Origin: the human T2T-CHM13v2.0 reference genome, Homo sapiens
Assembly (NCBI RefSeq): GCF_009914755.1
Contig: NC_060925.1
Strand: one strand, 5' to 3'
Length of the DNA stretch: 64,000 nt
The position numbers and the translations under genes are program-made. The notes below the pieces were generated by a model. It did no database searches, was not told the origin of the DNA, and worked only from the letters and a program-made list of their open reading frames with translations. Positions 19,147-34,873 of the stretch are shown piece by piece. Positions within the stretch are counted from its first letter, which is position 1. The number at the start of each line of letters is the position of its first letter.

Positions 19147-19934
19147 GGATACCTGTGGGAGCACAGAAGAGGACCCCTAGCTCAGTCTAGGGAGATCAGA
19201 AAGGCCCCTTGGGAGGGAGACTTTTGACCTGAGTCTCATGGGTCCAGTGTTCACCAGGAAGTCAAAGAGAAGGGTGCCCTGGGAGAGGCATAGCTCATAG
19301 AAAGCTGCAGGATTGAGCCAGCTTGCCAAAGCCCTGAGCCCTGAAAGAACAAGGGACTTGTCTGGGTGGGGCTTGAGGATGGTGGGGGTGGTGCCAGCCA
19401 GTGAGGATGAGGAGGGAAACAAGGACCTTGGACTGAAGCCCAAGGGCCAAGGGTGTGGGAGGCACTGGAAGCTATTCCCAGTGAGGGAGTGGGGTGATCT
19501 ATGCGTATTTTAGTAACCCCCACTTTCGCTGCATGGTGGCTCATGAGAAGGAGGTGGGGGCAGGAGATCAGAGAGGAGGCCAGTATCTGTCACGTCCTGG
19601 TGAGAGGAGGGTGGCATCCATCTGGACTGGGGGAGGGAGTGCAGAGCAGGGGTCTGATTGATGAGAGATTTCGGAAGGAAAATTGTTGTGGTGATTTTAA
19701 GCAGGATGGGGAGGGTCAAGGGTACTTTCAAGTCTCTGGCCAGGCAATAGGGTAGATGGAGACCCCTACTCTGTTGGAGTGGAGTGAGTGTCCGAAAATG
19801 ATCCTGAGCTCAGGGTAGTCTTGTTTGCTGCATTTGAGGAGACTTCTATTTATTCAAGGGAAGATGTAGGGTCTGTCTCTGCTGCTGACACAGACTTTCT
19901 CTGTGCCTGGCACCTTACACGTAAGAAGCCACTT

Positions 19935-20252
<318 letters not shown>

Positions 20253-20727
20253 TCACTTAATCCTTACACAACTCTATGAGGTAGGTACTATTACTATCCT
20301 CATTTACAGATGGGAAAACTGAGGTACAGAGTGGTTAAATAACTTGCTGAGGGGCCACATAGCTAGTCATGGGCCAACCAAGGGATGAACCTGGCTGGCC
20401 TCAGAATCCATGCTCTTAGCCTTGATGGTTGTCACAGGGAGATGGTGAATGAAGCCACGTTGCTAAATGAGATTACAGAGAGAGAAGCAGAGGATGGGAC
20501 CTCAGGGAAACGCTGACCACAAAGAGAAGAAGAAGCTACTGGTGGAGCCAGGATGAGCTAAGCCTGGCTTGCTGTTTACTGAGGGCAAATAACTATCCCT
20601 CTCTGGTCTGCAGTTTCCTATTCTGTTGAATAGGAATCTTTAACCAGGTCCAGCCTGCTTCCTGGGTGACTCAGAGGAGGTAAAAAGGAGAAGGCACTGG
20701 GGAGGCTGAGAAGCTGAGCAGTTCTAG

Positions 20728-21193
<466 letters not shown>

Positions 21194-22179
21194 TAGGGGC
21201 CCTCAGGGAAGGGGCCCCTGCTGAGAGGGTCTGGGGAATGGACCCCTTTAGGGCTGGGCACTTCCCTCATCTCTTTCCCACAGAGCTGCTCTGGGCTGGA
21301 GCCCTCCACCCCCATCACTCATTCTCCTTTAGCTTCTGGGAAAGCCGATTAGGAGGTGGCCTTCTACCCGCCCCCCTGACAAGTGTGTCTGAACTTCCAA
21401 CAAAGGCCCTCAGAGGGTTGCAGAGGGAGGGCTCAGCACTGGGAACCTGACACCACTGGCCAGGGATCACCCCAGCAGCCTAGGAGGCAGCTCTGTGGGG
21501 CTGCCCACCCCACGGCAGGCAGGAATGTCGCTCTGAGAGGGGACCTGGTCCCACAAAGGCCTGGGGGCTGGGCTGAGGCAGGCTGGAGAGGTCTTCACCT
21601 GGGAGGCCTCACAATAAGGAAGACAGCAAGGGCCAGCACCCAGGAAGGCACGTGGGAATAGGCATACACGCCCCCACACACTGACAGCCTCTCACACACA
21701 TTCCCCATACATTCACAGCACACACGCACACACGCATCCTCTCACACCCCTGGGACATGTTGACTTCTGCACTGGACCACACAATCCCAGGGTGTCTGTC
21801 TCCCTGTCTCTCATGCCTGTGTACACAGCCCCACTGCAAACCGGCAGACACACAGCCACGCTCTGTCGCCTGATGCTCCACACACCCGCTCCACCCCCAG
21901 ACATGCATTCTTCCCGGCTTGCTCACACTCCAGACAGCCCCTGAATGCTCAGTGGCACCAGCTCCCCTGTACAGACAGCCTCTCGAGCCAAACTGCTGGC
22001 CTGGTGCCCACAGAGACTTGGTGGCGGCTGCCCTGTGATTGTGGAAGATGCCACCCAAATGCCCACATAAGAGTCAGACACTGGTCCCAGCTGCCATGTG
22101 AACACCCATGTGCACCAACCCACACATCCACCCCAAGGGGCTGCCTTGAGCCCACCTCTTCACAGCATGCTCCCTCCTG

Positions 22180-22663
<484 letters not shown>

Positions 22664-23017
22664 CACCCCATCTCTTTCAGCTAAGTCACTGGCCCTTCTG
22701 TGGCTTCAGAAACCCAAGGCCTCCAGAAAGCCCTCTGCTTCTCCCACCTGCCCAAGGGCCACCACTTCCTCTTCCAGCCACGGTTTCCTTCTCCACCCCA
22801 TTCCTCATCAGGCAACTGAGTGTGAGGGGTGGAGGGAACTACCAAGAGCATCCTATACACACCTCCTCCTAGTGTCACCTTGGGGCTCAGTATTCTCCTT
22901 GGTAAAGTGGGGCGAATGATAATGCCTACTTCAGGGTTCTTTGTTAGGAATAAAAGATAACATCTGTAAAACACTTAGCACAATTTTGGCATTTAGTAAA
23001 TGCTCAATACTTGCTTG

Positions 23018-23246
<229 letters not shown>

Positions 23247-24406
23247 CTATATATAGTCTAATGGATAAAATGGAGATTACTCAAATAATCACACATATAT
23301 CCACGTAAAGGAGCAGGGGTGAATGAGAAGTGCACACGTCTCTGACCTCGAAGGGCTTACGGCTAACAGGAGGGGCAATCTGAGGCTAGATTCAGGATCA
23401 ATCTAGGGCAAGACACAGCTCGATTAGAGGTCAGAGTTGGAGCTCAGAATGGGCCATGGCAGGACTCAGTTTGGGGCAGGGCCGGCTCAGTCTGTGACTG
23501 GTGCCAAGTCAGTCACAGTTTCATTTCTAGCACTGACTCACTGTGGACTATTTAATAAGCTGCTAGGCTTCTGGGAACCTCTGTTTCATCATCTGTAAAA
23601 TGGGGAGGTCTCTGTCTACCCCCAGGCTTGTGGGAGTTGAGTGCGGTAATAATGGAAGTGAAGGATTAAGCTTCTGTTGCCACCACTAATGACTCCAAGC
23701 CCGGCCCCCTGGGGCTCTCCTCCCCCAGCTCCTTCCAGGCCGGGGAGGCTGCGTGGCCCTCACCCATGTCTCCCGCTGCGGGAAACTGCCACCTCAGCCT
23801 GGGATCCTTTCCAAGAAGAGTCTGGAGATTTCACAAAGCCCTCTGAACAACAAAAGTTGCAGAAGCGATATTTCCTCCTGGGGTTGACCGCCCCGTGGCT
23901 CCTTTATCTTGGCAGCCAGGCTTGAAGAGCTGTTCTTGGAAAGAGCCTGTGTGGGCGTGTGTGGGTGCACGTGGGTGTGAGTGTGTGTACAAGCTGCTCT
24001 TTGTTGTTGGTCTCATCTAAGCGGGACGATAGACCCGCAGGCCTGGGTCCTTCCCAGGTCACCCTGCCCATCTCCTGGCCTCTGCACAGCATGTGCTGGG
24101 CAGCCAGGAGGGAGGGAACACATTCTTTTTTACCTTAGGATTCTCCTGAAGAGAACTCCAGAACACAGGAGCCCCAGTGCTTCAGGAAGAATCCAGGGTA
24201 CCTGAGGCAGAAGCTTCACGACAGGGGGCTGAGGCGGAAACTTGACGACACGGGAGATTAAGGGGAGGTAAAGGCAGGTGCTCATCGGCCCGCCCCTCGC
24301 TGTCTCCTTAGCATGCACAGCCCCTGTGGAGGCAGGGCCCGCGAGACGTCTGAAAGGTTCACCTCCTTCAGGTTTACCTTCAGTCTGCCCTCGGTAAGCT
24401 GCCTAG

Positions 24407-24828
<422 letters not shown>

Positions 24829-27564
24829 TGAGCCTGATTTAAGCGCCCCACCCTGCTGGGTTGGGTGGAAGCCATAGATACATAGAAGAATAACTGAAAA
24901 AGCAGTCATTCTTCTGTCTGCCTTGTTACCTCCCTCTCCCACACTCCAGCCACCAGGGGCCTGCAGAGCCCAGGAGGATGGACAAGGTGTGGGGGAGAGG
25001 TCGCCTACTAAAGAGCCAGGCCTGTTGAAGTCTGGCCATTTCTGCTTCAGTTTCTCAGAATAGACATTCTCACCGGTCTCTAGTTCGGCTTCCATCCGGG
25101 GAGGAATCACTGATACCCAGCTCCTATCCACAAGCCTGAAGGGGTGGGCAGCTCACTACCTTCCAGGGCAGCCTACGCCAGGGCTGTTGGAAAGTTCTTC
25201 TTCATGTTGTCTGAAATCTGCCACCCAGTAGCCTCCTTATCAGGCCTGGCTTGGCCTGGGAGCCACACAGAACATGTCTATTCACGCTGTTGTGGAGTGT
25301 GTCACCCAGCTGGCGTGGCACCTCACACACTCACTGTGCCCTCTCCCCGGATACCTCTGCTCTGCCGGTCCCTCCTCCTGGGGACAGGCTTCACTCTTCA
25401 GAGCCCAGCCACATGCCACCTGCTCCAGGAAGACTTGCCAGATTATCACAGGGGAGGGAGATGCCCCTCCTCCTCTTGATGCCTCTGACCACTATATACA
25501 GTTCTCAACCACTGCCAGATGGGGCTCCCTGGGCAGAAGCTGGCATGGCATACAGCCTGGTATGGAGTTTGTGTTCAACCAGTACTGAACTTGTTAAATT
25601 AACTGGGAAGAGCATGTGAGGGACAAGCTCTGCTGAGGACCTCAGGGAACCAGGCTTCTGTCTGGGCCCTGCCATGGCTTTGCAGTACACTTGGGCAAGC
25701 CCTGGCTTTTTCTGGGCCTCTGTCTCCTGTGTAGAGGTTGGTCAGGGTGGTCCATACAGGTGCCTTTCTCAGGCAGCCTTGGTTTCCAAGAGTCTTGCTG
25801 GGTTTTGTCTTCCATGTGATATCATCCTGTGTCCTCAATTGTTCCATTCAGAGCTTCTTCCCATGCTGGGTCCTCCTGGCTGGGGGTGCAGATGGGGCTT
25901 AGAGGTCATCAGAGGGCAAAGGCACAGCAGCCTGGGGCAGTGGAGTGAGCGGATCTCCTGGGACAGCACCCAAGGACAGGTGGACCCTCTGTCCTTGCAG
26001 GCCTTCTCACTTTTCCTGCCTGCCTCCCTCATGCCATCTTTAAGAGATGAGGCTAGGTCCAAGGCAGCGGCCATGCCACAGCCTCCTGTCTCTTCCAGAG
26101 GACATGGCTCTGTCCTGGCACAGTCTCCTAGTTCTCGGCATCAACATCCAGAGTTTAGGGACCATGTCCCAGTCTCTGTGAGGTGGATGGGAAGTCAACA
26201 TTAGTTGACTGAGCACCACCTGCGTGGAAGATGCAGCCCCCCCCCGCCCCATCACTGGGAATACAGTGCTGAGCAGGACAGCACCTGATGTGCGAGGGGG
26301 AAGACAGACAACAAATACATAAGCAATGGAATGTACCTTTGGCAGGCCGATTAAAGGTTATGAAGACACTGTGACCAGGAGTGAGGTGGGGGCTCAATGC
26401 ATGGCTGGAGGAGACAGATGGAATGACTAGACCAAGAGTGAGGCCAAGATGACCAGGCAGTGCAACTGCCAGGTGGACAGATGTGAGGAAAGAGGCTGGC
26501 CCAGGCCCGGAGGCAGGACTGAAGGCTCCTGGGGGAAGGAATGGGGTGGGGAGGTGCGATCTATTACGCTGATGACTCTGGGCCCTAATCCTGTGCCAGG
26601 CCCGGCGGGTAATGTGTGTGTAGGGGGAGGGTAGCACCCCCGCTGGGGTGTAATTTCACGCTGAAGGGCCTGATGGGGCGTCCCAGGGACTGATCCTTTC
26701 TGGATCAGAAAACCCACTTCCCTTTGTCGCATGCATGGCGATTAGCACCTTAACCCTTTGTGGGCTGGCCCAGGGCCAGCCCTGCCCCATCTCACCTCCA
26801 GCCCCTTGGGATCTTAGCCCAGAGCCCTTTGCCTTCAATCCAGCCAACTCCCCAACCTGGTCTTGTCTGCAGGGTGCAGGGAGGGAGAAGCTGTTGACTG
26901 AGGAAAGCCAGGGGCTGGATTCTCAACTCCTGTCTGTGTCCCTGTTCCCTGGCACCCAGCTCCCCGAGGCCCTTGTGCCCCCAGAGAAGTGAGCTCACCA
27001 TGCCATCTTTTCAGGTTCCTGTTACAGCTTGGATCAAGTCCAGTTGCCTTCAGCAAGCCTGGGATCTAGTCTAATCCACTGCCTCGTTTGGGGATACCCC
27101 AACTCACAGCCTTCCCACATCCGCTGTGATGGGGAGCTCACTACCTGCTGGCAACACAGCCAGTACCTTCCATTCCCACTAACCTCTCATGGGGAATGAA
27201 CATTGACCCCAGGAGGCCAGGACCATACTTCCAGCAACATCTCAGAGACGTCCCTGGCCACTTTGTCCGACAGCAGCATTCCAGGACTGGGTAGGTCGTC
27301 ACAGTCCCCTGCATCCATCCCCTCTTTTGCTCATGTACACTGATTCTTTTCAAAGATTCACCAGGAAGTTGTCTCAGCTTCTTTGGCTCCAATGATGTTG
27401 TCCCCTTCCCTTGGGGAAGTCCCCTTGGTCCTCCCAAGGCTAACTGCAATGCATCCCTGGGGCGGCTCCGGCAAGTTCTCCCCTCGGGAGCTCCCCTAGG
27501 GTGGGGGAGAAGGCAGGGACCAGGCTGGGCCTCCCCTAAGCTCCCTGGGTCTCTAAAACCCTAG

Positions 27565-27860
27565 CTCCATTAAAAGAAAGCCCCTAAATGTTATTTACAC
27601 TTTGGAGTCTTAAAAACCATTAACAAAAGCCACTTAATTCAATTATCTTCCCGGCTGGCTCAGTTCTCAGCTCTGAGCGCCAGCCTCCCCTTGTTGCACC
27701 CCCACCCTGCCTGTCCCCCCACCACTGTCATTGTGTCGGGCTAATGAGGTAAACTGAAGCGAGCCCTGTCCCCCCTGACAGGTTTATGAGAATTTAATAA
27801 AGCGTGGCCGGGACCAAATGAGTTGCCTCAGCCTCGGAGAGCTCATTGTCTTTGGCGTCA
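27565..27860. promoter_or_regulatory. Candidate developmental enhancer (homeodomain/FOX/MEIS/SOX motif cluster)
   Basis: Non-repeat AT-rich island with several TAAT/ATTA, CCACTTAA, TATTTAC, GTAAAC, TGACAG, TTTATGA, CATTGT. Confidence 0.5.
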
Positions 27861-28779
27861 GCGTTTTTTGACTCGAGCTGCCCCCATCCTCCGCCCCAGC
27901 TCCTCCCTGGCTCGGCCCCCACCCCCGCCCTTGGTGCCTCCCTAGGTGAGCCTGGAGGCCAGTGGGCCCTGCAGCGGGAGGGCACCCAGGCTGAACCCTG
28001 GGGATGGCAGAAATTAAGTTGGTCAGTGTGCCCTGGGGAGGGACTATGCTGTCCTTTGCCCTCACCTACCACACCTTCACAAGCTGCAGACTCCAGGAAC
28101 ATACTCGGGCCTCGGGGACTTCCCACACAACTGCCTCATGCTCCTATGTCTTGGCCGCTGTCAACCTGAGGCCCTGCTGGAGCCGCCTTGAGCCTGATTC
28201 ACCTTTTCTCGCCTGTTTGGAGCAAGCAGCCAAAGTGAGCTCCCAGAGGGAGGGGCTTCTCTTCCGGCCAGGGCACAGGTTGGGGGCATGGGGCCTTCAG
28301 TCTGGCCTGGTTCCACCCCTTGCATGGAATGTCCCTCCTTATTTTCCTGGAAAGCTAGCAAGGGGTGGAGCACAGACCGTGGAGCAGAAGGGAGTCGGAA
28401 GTGCAGATGAAGAGGCTGCCAGTCGGGAGGCTCCCCAGATGGACAGGCAGGCAGAAGAGGCCCCGCCCCCACGGCTGTGGGGATACCTTGAGAAGGTACC
28501 CAGCTGCCCTTCTTCCCTCATGTCCTGGGCAACCTAGAACCAGCCTTTCTCTGCCTGGCCTCTTAGGGGTCCAAGGCCGAGGAGTTTCTGGACCATTTGG
28601 AGACCCAGAATTCCTTCTCTCCCCAACAAAAGTGTTTCCAGGAATTACTTCCTTCTGAGACTAAAGCTTGGCCTGACACAAGAGCCTCTTCTGGAAGGTC
28701 CTTAACTCATTGGGGTGTTGGAAGGCAAGTCTTAGGGATCAAGGCCAGTTTGTGACCATGATAAAAGCTCAGTTGTTGT

Positions 28780-29270
28780 CCAGGGTCAGGATTCAATGCA
28801 TATGGATCAGGGTCAGAGTTCAGGTTGGCACCAGATTCAGGGTCAGGCTCAGTGATCAGAGTGAGAGTTCAGTGTATGGACCAGGGTCAGCGCTATCTGT
28901 TCCCAGGGTCAGGGCTCAGTCTATGGCCTGAATAAGGGCTAATGTGTGTCCATGATCAGTCTGCATGCAAGTCAGGTTCACTATATGGTAATTGTCAGGG
29001 TTTAGTTTATGGACTGGGGTCAGAGCTCAGTCTGGGATCAAGGTCAGTGTTTGATGAATGGACAGGCAGGGTCAGAGCTCAGAGTGTGACTAGGGTCAAG
29101 TTCAGTCTATGATTAAGGTCAGGACACAGTATGGACTGGGGTGAGGTTTCAGTCTAACATCAAGGTCAGGGTTTAGTCTATAAGCAGTCTCAGGACTTAT
29201 CTGTGACCTTGATAAAGGCTAAGTTTCTGTCCAGGATCCAGGCTCTCTCTGTAATAAGGTCAGGTTCCAG
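28780..29270. repeat. Degenerate ~24-bp tandem array (consensus near AGGGTCAGRGYTCAGTCTATGGAC)
   Basis: Recurrent GGTCAG...TCAGT units read directly. Confidence 0.65.
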
Positions 29271-30089
29271 GGTTGGATGAGTCACTTAGTAAATCTGAGT
29301 GACCTAACTCCCCCTCTTCCCCCATTTCTTAGGGCCTTGGACCTCAGAAGAGGAAAAGGCAAAATTGTGCAGTCTGGTTGGGCTGAGTGGTGTCTATCTC
29401 CTGCCATGTGCCCGGGGTGCCCTCTGGTGGCAGTCCCCAACAGTGCCGATTTCCTCAGGCTTGGTCCCTCCATCTGGCCATCTCCTGCTTTGGGGAGCCT
29501 GGCCCTCAGGCTGGTCCTTTGGCGCTGATCTAGTCAACCCTTCCTTCCCGTGCCATCCCACCTCCCCACAGAGAAATAGAAAACTGTGCAATTGGTTAGG
29601 GGAACTCTCAGACATATGAAATCTTCTCCCTTCCTGCCCAGAGTTAGGCATCTTGACAAACCCGTATTACTCGGGACCTGGAATCTCAGCTGTGCGATGA
29701 GATCCACACCTTTTCCTTCCTCCTTCAGTCCACAGGTGCTTATTGAGCACCTACCTTGTGCCAGGTGGGCACCGAAGGTACAGCTGTGAACAAGTCAGAA
29801 TCTGGCCTCTTCGTGCTCACATTCCACTTCTCCCTAATCCCTCACTCCTAGTCCACAGTTCTCATCAGAAGGCTCCTGGCATCACAGAAGGCTGAGTGGG
29901 ATTCAGAAGTCAGCAGCATGGGCTCCCTGCTCCCCCTGGAGTCTGCAGTTAGACTATTCTATCTTCCGGGTTCTCTGTCTTCCTGTCTCCTTGGAGTTTC
30001 ACCACCACCCACATGCCGACAGCTTCTACGTCTCCATCCCAGCGCCTCCTCTTCCAGAACTCAGAGCTGTGGCTCCAGTTTCTGTGGGA

Positions 30090-30940
30090 CAGTCCCTCTG
30101 GGCTAACAGGTCTTTTGCCTTACCAGGATGTCCCTTTTTTCCCAAATCCAGATCCTCCACCATACACCCTGGTGCTCAAACCAAAATTTTAGAACTTCCT
30201 CAGGATTCTTCTCTTTCATGCCCCCAAAACTCCCCCAAGAGGTGCAGAATCTGTCTACTCCAAGCAACCACCCTAGTCCCAGTGCCCATATGTCTCACTG
30301 CTGTGACCTCCTAGCCTGCCCCTCCTAGCCTTGCTTTCCCTCTTGCCCCTCGCCACTCTGTTACTTCCACACAGCAGGTGGAGCAGTCTTTACCATCATA
30401 AATCAGATCATGTCACTTCCCTGCTTAAAACCCTCCAGTGGGTCCCATCTCACCAAGAATCAAATCCCAACTCCTCACCCGGGCTTACTAAGCCCTCCAT
30501 GAGCTAAGCAATACCCCCTCCCCGCCTCTCCAGCTTCATCTTCCATCTGTGTCTCAACAGCCTTTCTTTCTTGTTCTGACACACAGAGGCCAGTTCATTC
30601 TCACCTTAGGGCTTGGCACTGGCTGTTTCCTGAGCTTGAAATGTTCCTGCTCTAGACCTTTGCATGGCTGACTCACCATTCAGAGCCCAGCTTAAATGCC
30701 ACCTCTTCAGAGAAAAACCCCCAACCATCCGACAAGTGCCTCTATCTATCACAACATCCTATTGTAATTTTCTGTGTAGTGCTGTTCACTAGCTAAGCTT
30801 TTTTGGTCTCATTTGCTCACTTATTTAATTCTTTATTGTCTGTCTCCTCCAAATAGAATGTGAGCTCCCTGAGAGCTTGTTCATCATTATATTCCCTCAT
30901 AGCAGGGAACATAGCAGGGCTCAGGAATTCTTAAATTAAT
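30090..30940. mobile_element. L2 LINE fossil
   Basis: TCAGATCATGTCACTTCCCTGCTTAAAACCCTCC...TAGAATGTGAGCTCC L2-type motifs. Confidence 0.65.
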
Positions 30941-30961
30941 TAGTAAAAAAAAACGATTCTA

Positions 30962-31260
<299 letters not shown>

Positions 31261-33395
31261 AGAGGTTCTAAGTGGCTGCCCTCATTTCTCCTAGAGGGAG
31301 AAGCATGGGGGAAACCTCATTTCCCTTAATGAGCTGCCTTGTCCGGGCCAGCAGTAGTTTCCTTGGGGAGGCAGGGGCCACTCACCACGTGTAGCACCCT
31401 AAAGCCCCCCCGCCCCCAGGCCCTGGGGAGTACCCCTCCTTTAGAAGGACCAGCTCTGTGTCCTCTACCACAGTCCCTGTGCCTCTGAGGATAGGCCCTA
31501 CTGCCTCAATTCTGAGGCTTTCAGGGCCTAGGGTGGGAGTGGAAGGTTTTACCCTCCTTCCAGGGCCGGTCTGCAGCATCCCTGCAGGAACTACTGGTCC
31601 CTGCTCAAATTCCCCAAGGTCAGGGAGCTTGATGCTTCTGTGCTGTCAGAATCATGTCCTCTCCTCAACAGAAACCTGCCTCCCAGAGGCCCTTTCAGGG
31701 CCTGAAGCCTGCCTGGGAGGGGCCTGCAGAGGTGTGAGACAGAGCACACCCTCCAGCCTCACCATGTGTAGGAGAGTGGGGCTTCCCTAGGGCCTCGCTG
31801 GCCATATTGTCCTAGAGGGGCCTGTCCCTGGGTGTCACCCAGGGAAGGGGTGTGAAGTGAGGAGTCCCCACGGTGGCAGACTGGAGCTGTTGGGAAGGTG
31901 AGCCCTGGGGCACTGGATCTGGAAAATCTCTTCTGGTGTGCCCGTGGAGGAAGCGGGGCAGAGAAAAGACAAATGATGACCTTCAGCTGGGGGTGTAAGT
32001 GGAAGGGACTCCAGGGAGCCAATGTCCCGCCTTCCCTGATCCATTCTACCCACACCATTGATCCATGTCCCACTGCCCTGAGTTTTTATCGTAGGCTCAC
32101 TCTTCCTCTGCAGCAGCCAGGCTTGCAGAACAGGATCTGGAAGTCTTGTGGGGGAACAGGAAAGAGAATGTAATTCCAGGCATCTAACAGCAGGTGGGAG
32201 AGGGGTTCGGCTGAGCCTAGCATTGCAGGGCTAGAATCCTAAGGTGGTAGGAGAAGGGTGGTTCTGACCACACCCCAAGGCTGCATCAGCGGTGGCCCCT
32301 CTCACCTACTGCTCTACCACAGCAGCAGGTGGCATCTAAAGCTGCAGACCAATGCACCAGAAGAGACAGGACTGGAGCCTGGGGAAGTGGCCTTCCTTAC
32401 ACACATACAGGGTGGGGTTGGGGAGCTCAGAGAATAGGTCATCAGCTGTAGGTACTGGGAGCTTCAAAGGTTAAGGCCCATTGACACGTGCAAATTAATA
32501 GAGATGGCCTGCTCAGCACCTGCTCAGGCAGACTTGCTCTTCTCTAGGTCAGTGGGAGAGGAGACAGCAGGAGAGACAGAGGTGGAGATGGCGCCAGAGG
32601 AAGGAAGAGCCCAGGGCTGGTGGGAAGTGTCTGGGTCATGGCAGAGTAGTAGCAAAGCCTGTCTTGGAAACAGAAAGGGAGGCTGGTGATGAAGCCAGGA
32701 GTGGATGGGCAGGGAGTCATAGCCAGCCGGGGGCAGTGGGTCAGCATGTGCCCCAGTCACTGCTTGCCTAGGTACCTGCATGGAGACGAAGGGCTGGCCC
32801 AGAGTTGCAGTGTCTCCTCCTCAGTCCCCTGACCCCTTTTCTTTTTTGCAAGGCAGCCCCTATTCCTCTACTTGGCCCCCTCACCTACCCCCTCACCTGG
32901 ACGAACCACAGGCCGGGCCCAAACTCGGCAAGTCCAGCTAGCTTGGGCAGTGTCTGGGCTTTGCACAGCCCCGTGGAGCACTTCTCCCCTCACCCTGCTC
33001 AGTGACCATGCCCTCAACCACTACTGCTGCCCTCACACCTCCACATGCATGTGTGATGTCAGACTGTTACCCAAACGCTGCCACTCCCCACCTCTTACAG
33101 GAGCCAGGCAATCACACCCACAGTCACACTCCTATGTTCATCCAGTCCCCCAATCTGACCCATCTGTTCCCACATTCATGGGCACACAGTCTTAGATACA
33201 GTCTTTTACTCATAGTCACACACTCCTCTCCCTTGAAGCCGCCTTCTAGGTCTCCAGGAGGGGCTGGTACCAGGATGCTCAGGCACTCAGCCACAGGCTG
33301 GGAGGGCCCCAGAACCCAGGGTGCTTAGCCAGAGGCCCCACAGCCACCCCTCCCTCCCGGCCTGCACTGTCACAGAGGACTGACTCCAAAGGTGC

Positions 33396-33401
33396 TTTAT
33401 T
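33396..33401 (-). terminator. TMEM275: TMEM275 polyadenylation signal
   Basis: TTTATT on + (AATAAA on -) ~810 nt past the stop. Confidence 0.7.
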
Positions 33402-34206
33402 GAGGAGTAAGGCACTGCAGGAATGCATGGTGTGCCACAGTCAGGGTGGGTGGGGGCCAGCATTGCTGGCAGTGAAAGTCACACTAGGACTTTCAGGGCT
33501 GCAGAAGCTCCCTCACCACTCACCTCTGTCAGGGCCCCAGTCTCAGCTACTCTTGCTCTTAGTCAGACAGAAAGGGTGGGGAGTGCTCACCCCGGCCCTA
33601 ATTCTAGGGACCATCCTGGCCCAAGTCACAGCCACGGCTTCTCAGCCAAATGAATCCCAAAGGTCATGTTGGGGTAGAAACAAGGAAGGTGGGGAGGGGC
33701 AGGAGAGGGGACTGGAAGCCTTTCACGGTGTGTGCAAGGACAGAGACAGCCCAGGCTGACATTCAACCCTTCTCCCTCTCTTCCTCCCACCTCACTGGGG
33801 GGACTGCTGGTGGTTAGCCCCTTCAGGGTGGGTGCTCCTTGGTTCACAGTGCCCAAATGCCAGGGGGAGGTGGCAGTGTCAGGGTTCCAGGGTCCAGGGG
33901 CCTACTTTCAGCAAGCTGGATGGGTAAGGTTTACTAGAGACCAGAGACCCTGTCTAAGGGGCCAAGGCTCTGCTGCTCCCTTCTTTGGGGTGTGACCCCT
34001 GACACCATCACCACATTCTACCCAGGAGTTTGGGAGATGGAAAAGATGAGGCCACCTGAGCCCAGCACCAGACCCTTGTAAAAAAGAAAGGAAGGAAGGA
34101 AGAAAAGGTTTTCTTTTTTCTTTTTCTTTTCTTTCTTTTCCCCCCTTAAATGGCACTGAAGGAAGGGGAATGAACCCGGACAGCGGAGTCACGGCGGGGC
34201 CCTGGT

Positions 34207-34767
<561 letters not shown>

Positions 34768-34801
34768 TCAAGCTCCCTCCTGCCGCCGGCCCGGAACAGC
34801 C

Positions 34802-34873
34802 CAACTGCCAGGAGCCTCCTCACGCTGGTCCTGTGGGCAACTGCCAGGAGCCTCCTCACGCTGGTCCTGTGGG
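34802..34873. repeat. Perfect 2x36-bp tandem duplication CAACTGCCAGGAGCCTCCTCACGCTGGTCCTGTGGG
   Basis: Units 34802-34837 and 34838-34873 are identical. Confidence 0.95.

Noticed and set aside
28780-29270. Repeat array as CRISPR-like
   Set aside because: Human DNA; degenerate tandem units without identical repeats, unique spacers or cas genes.
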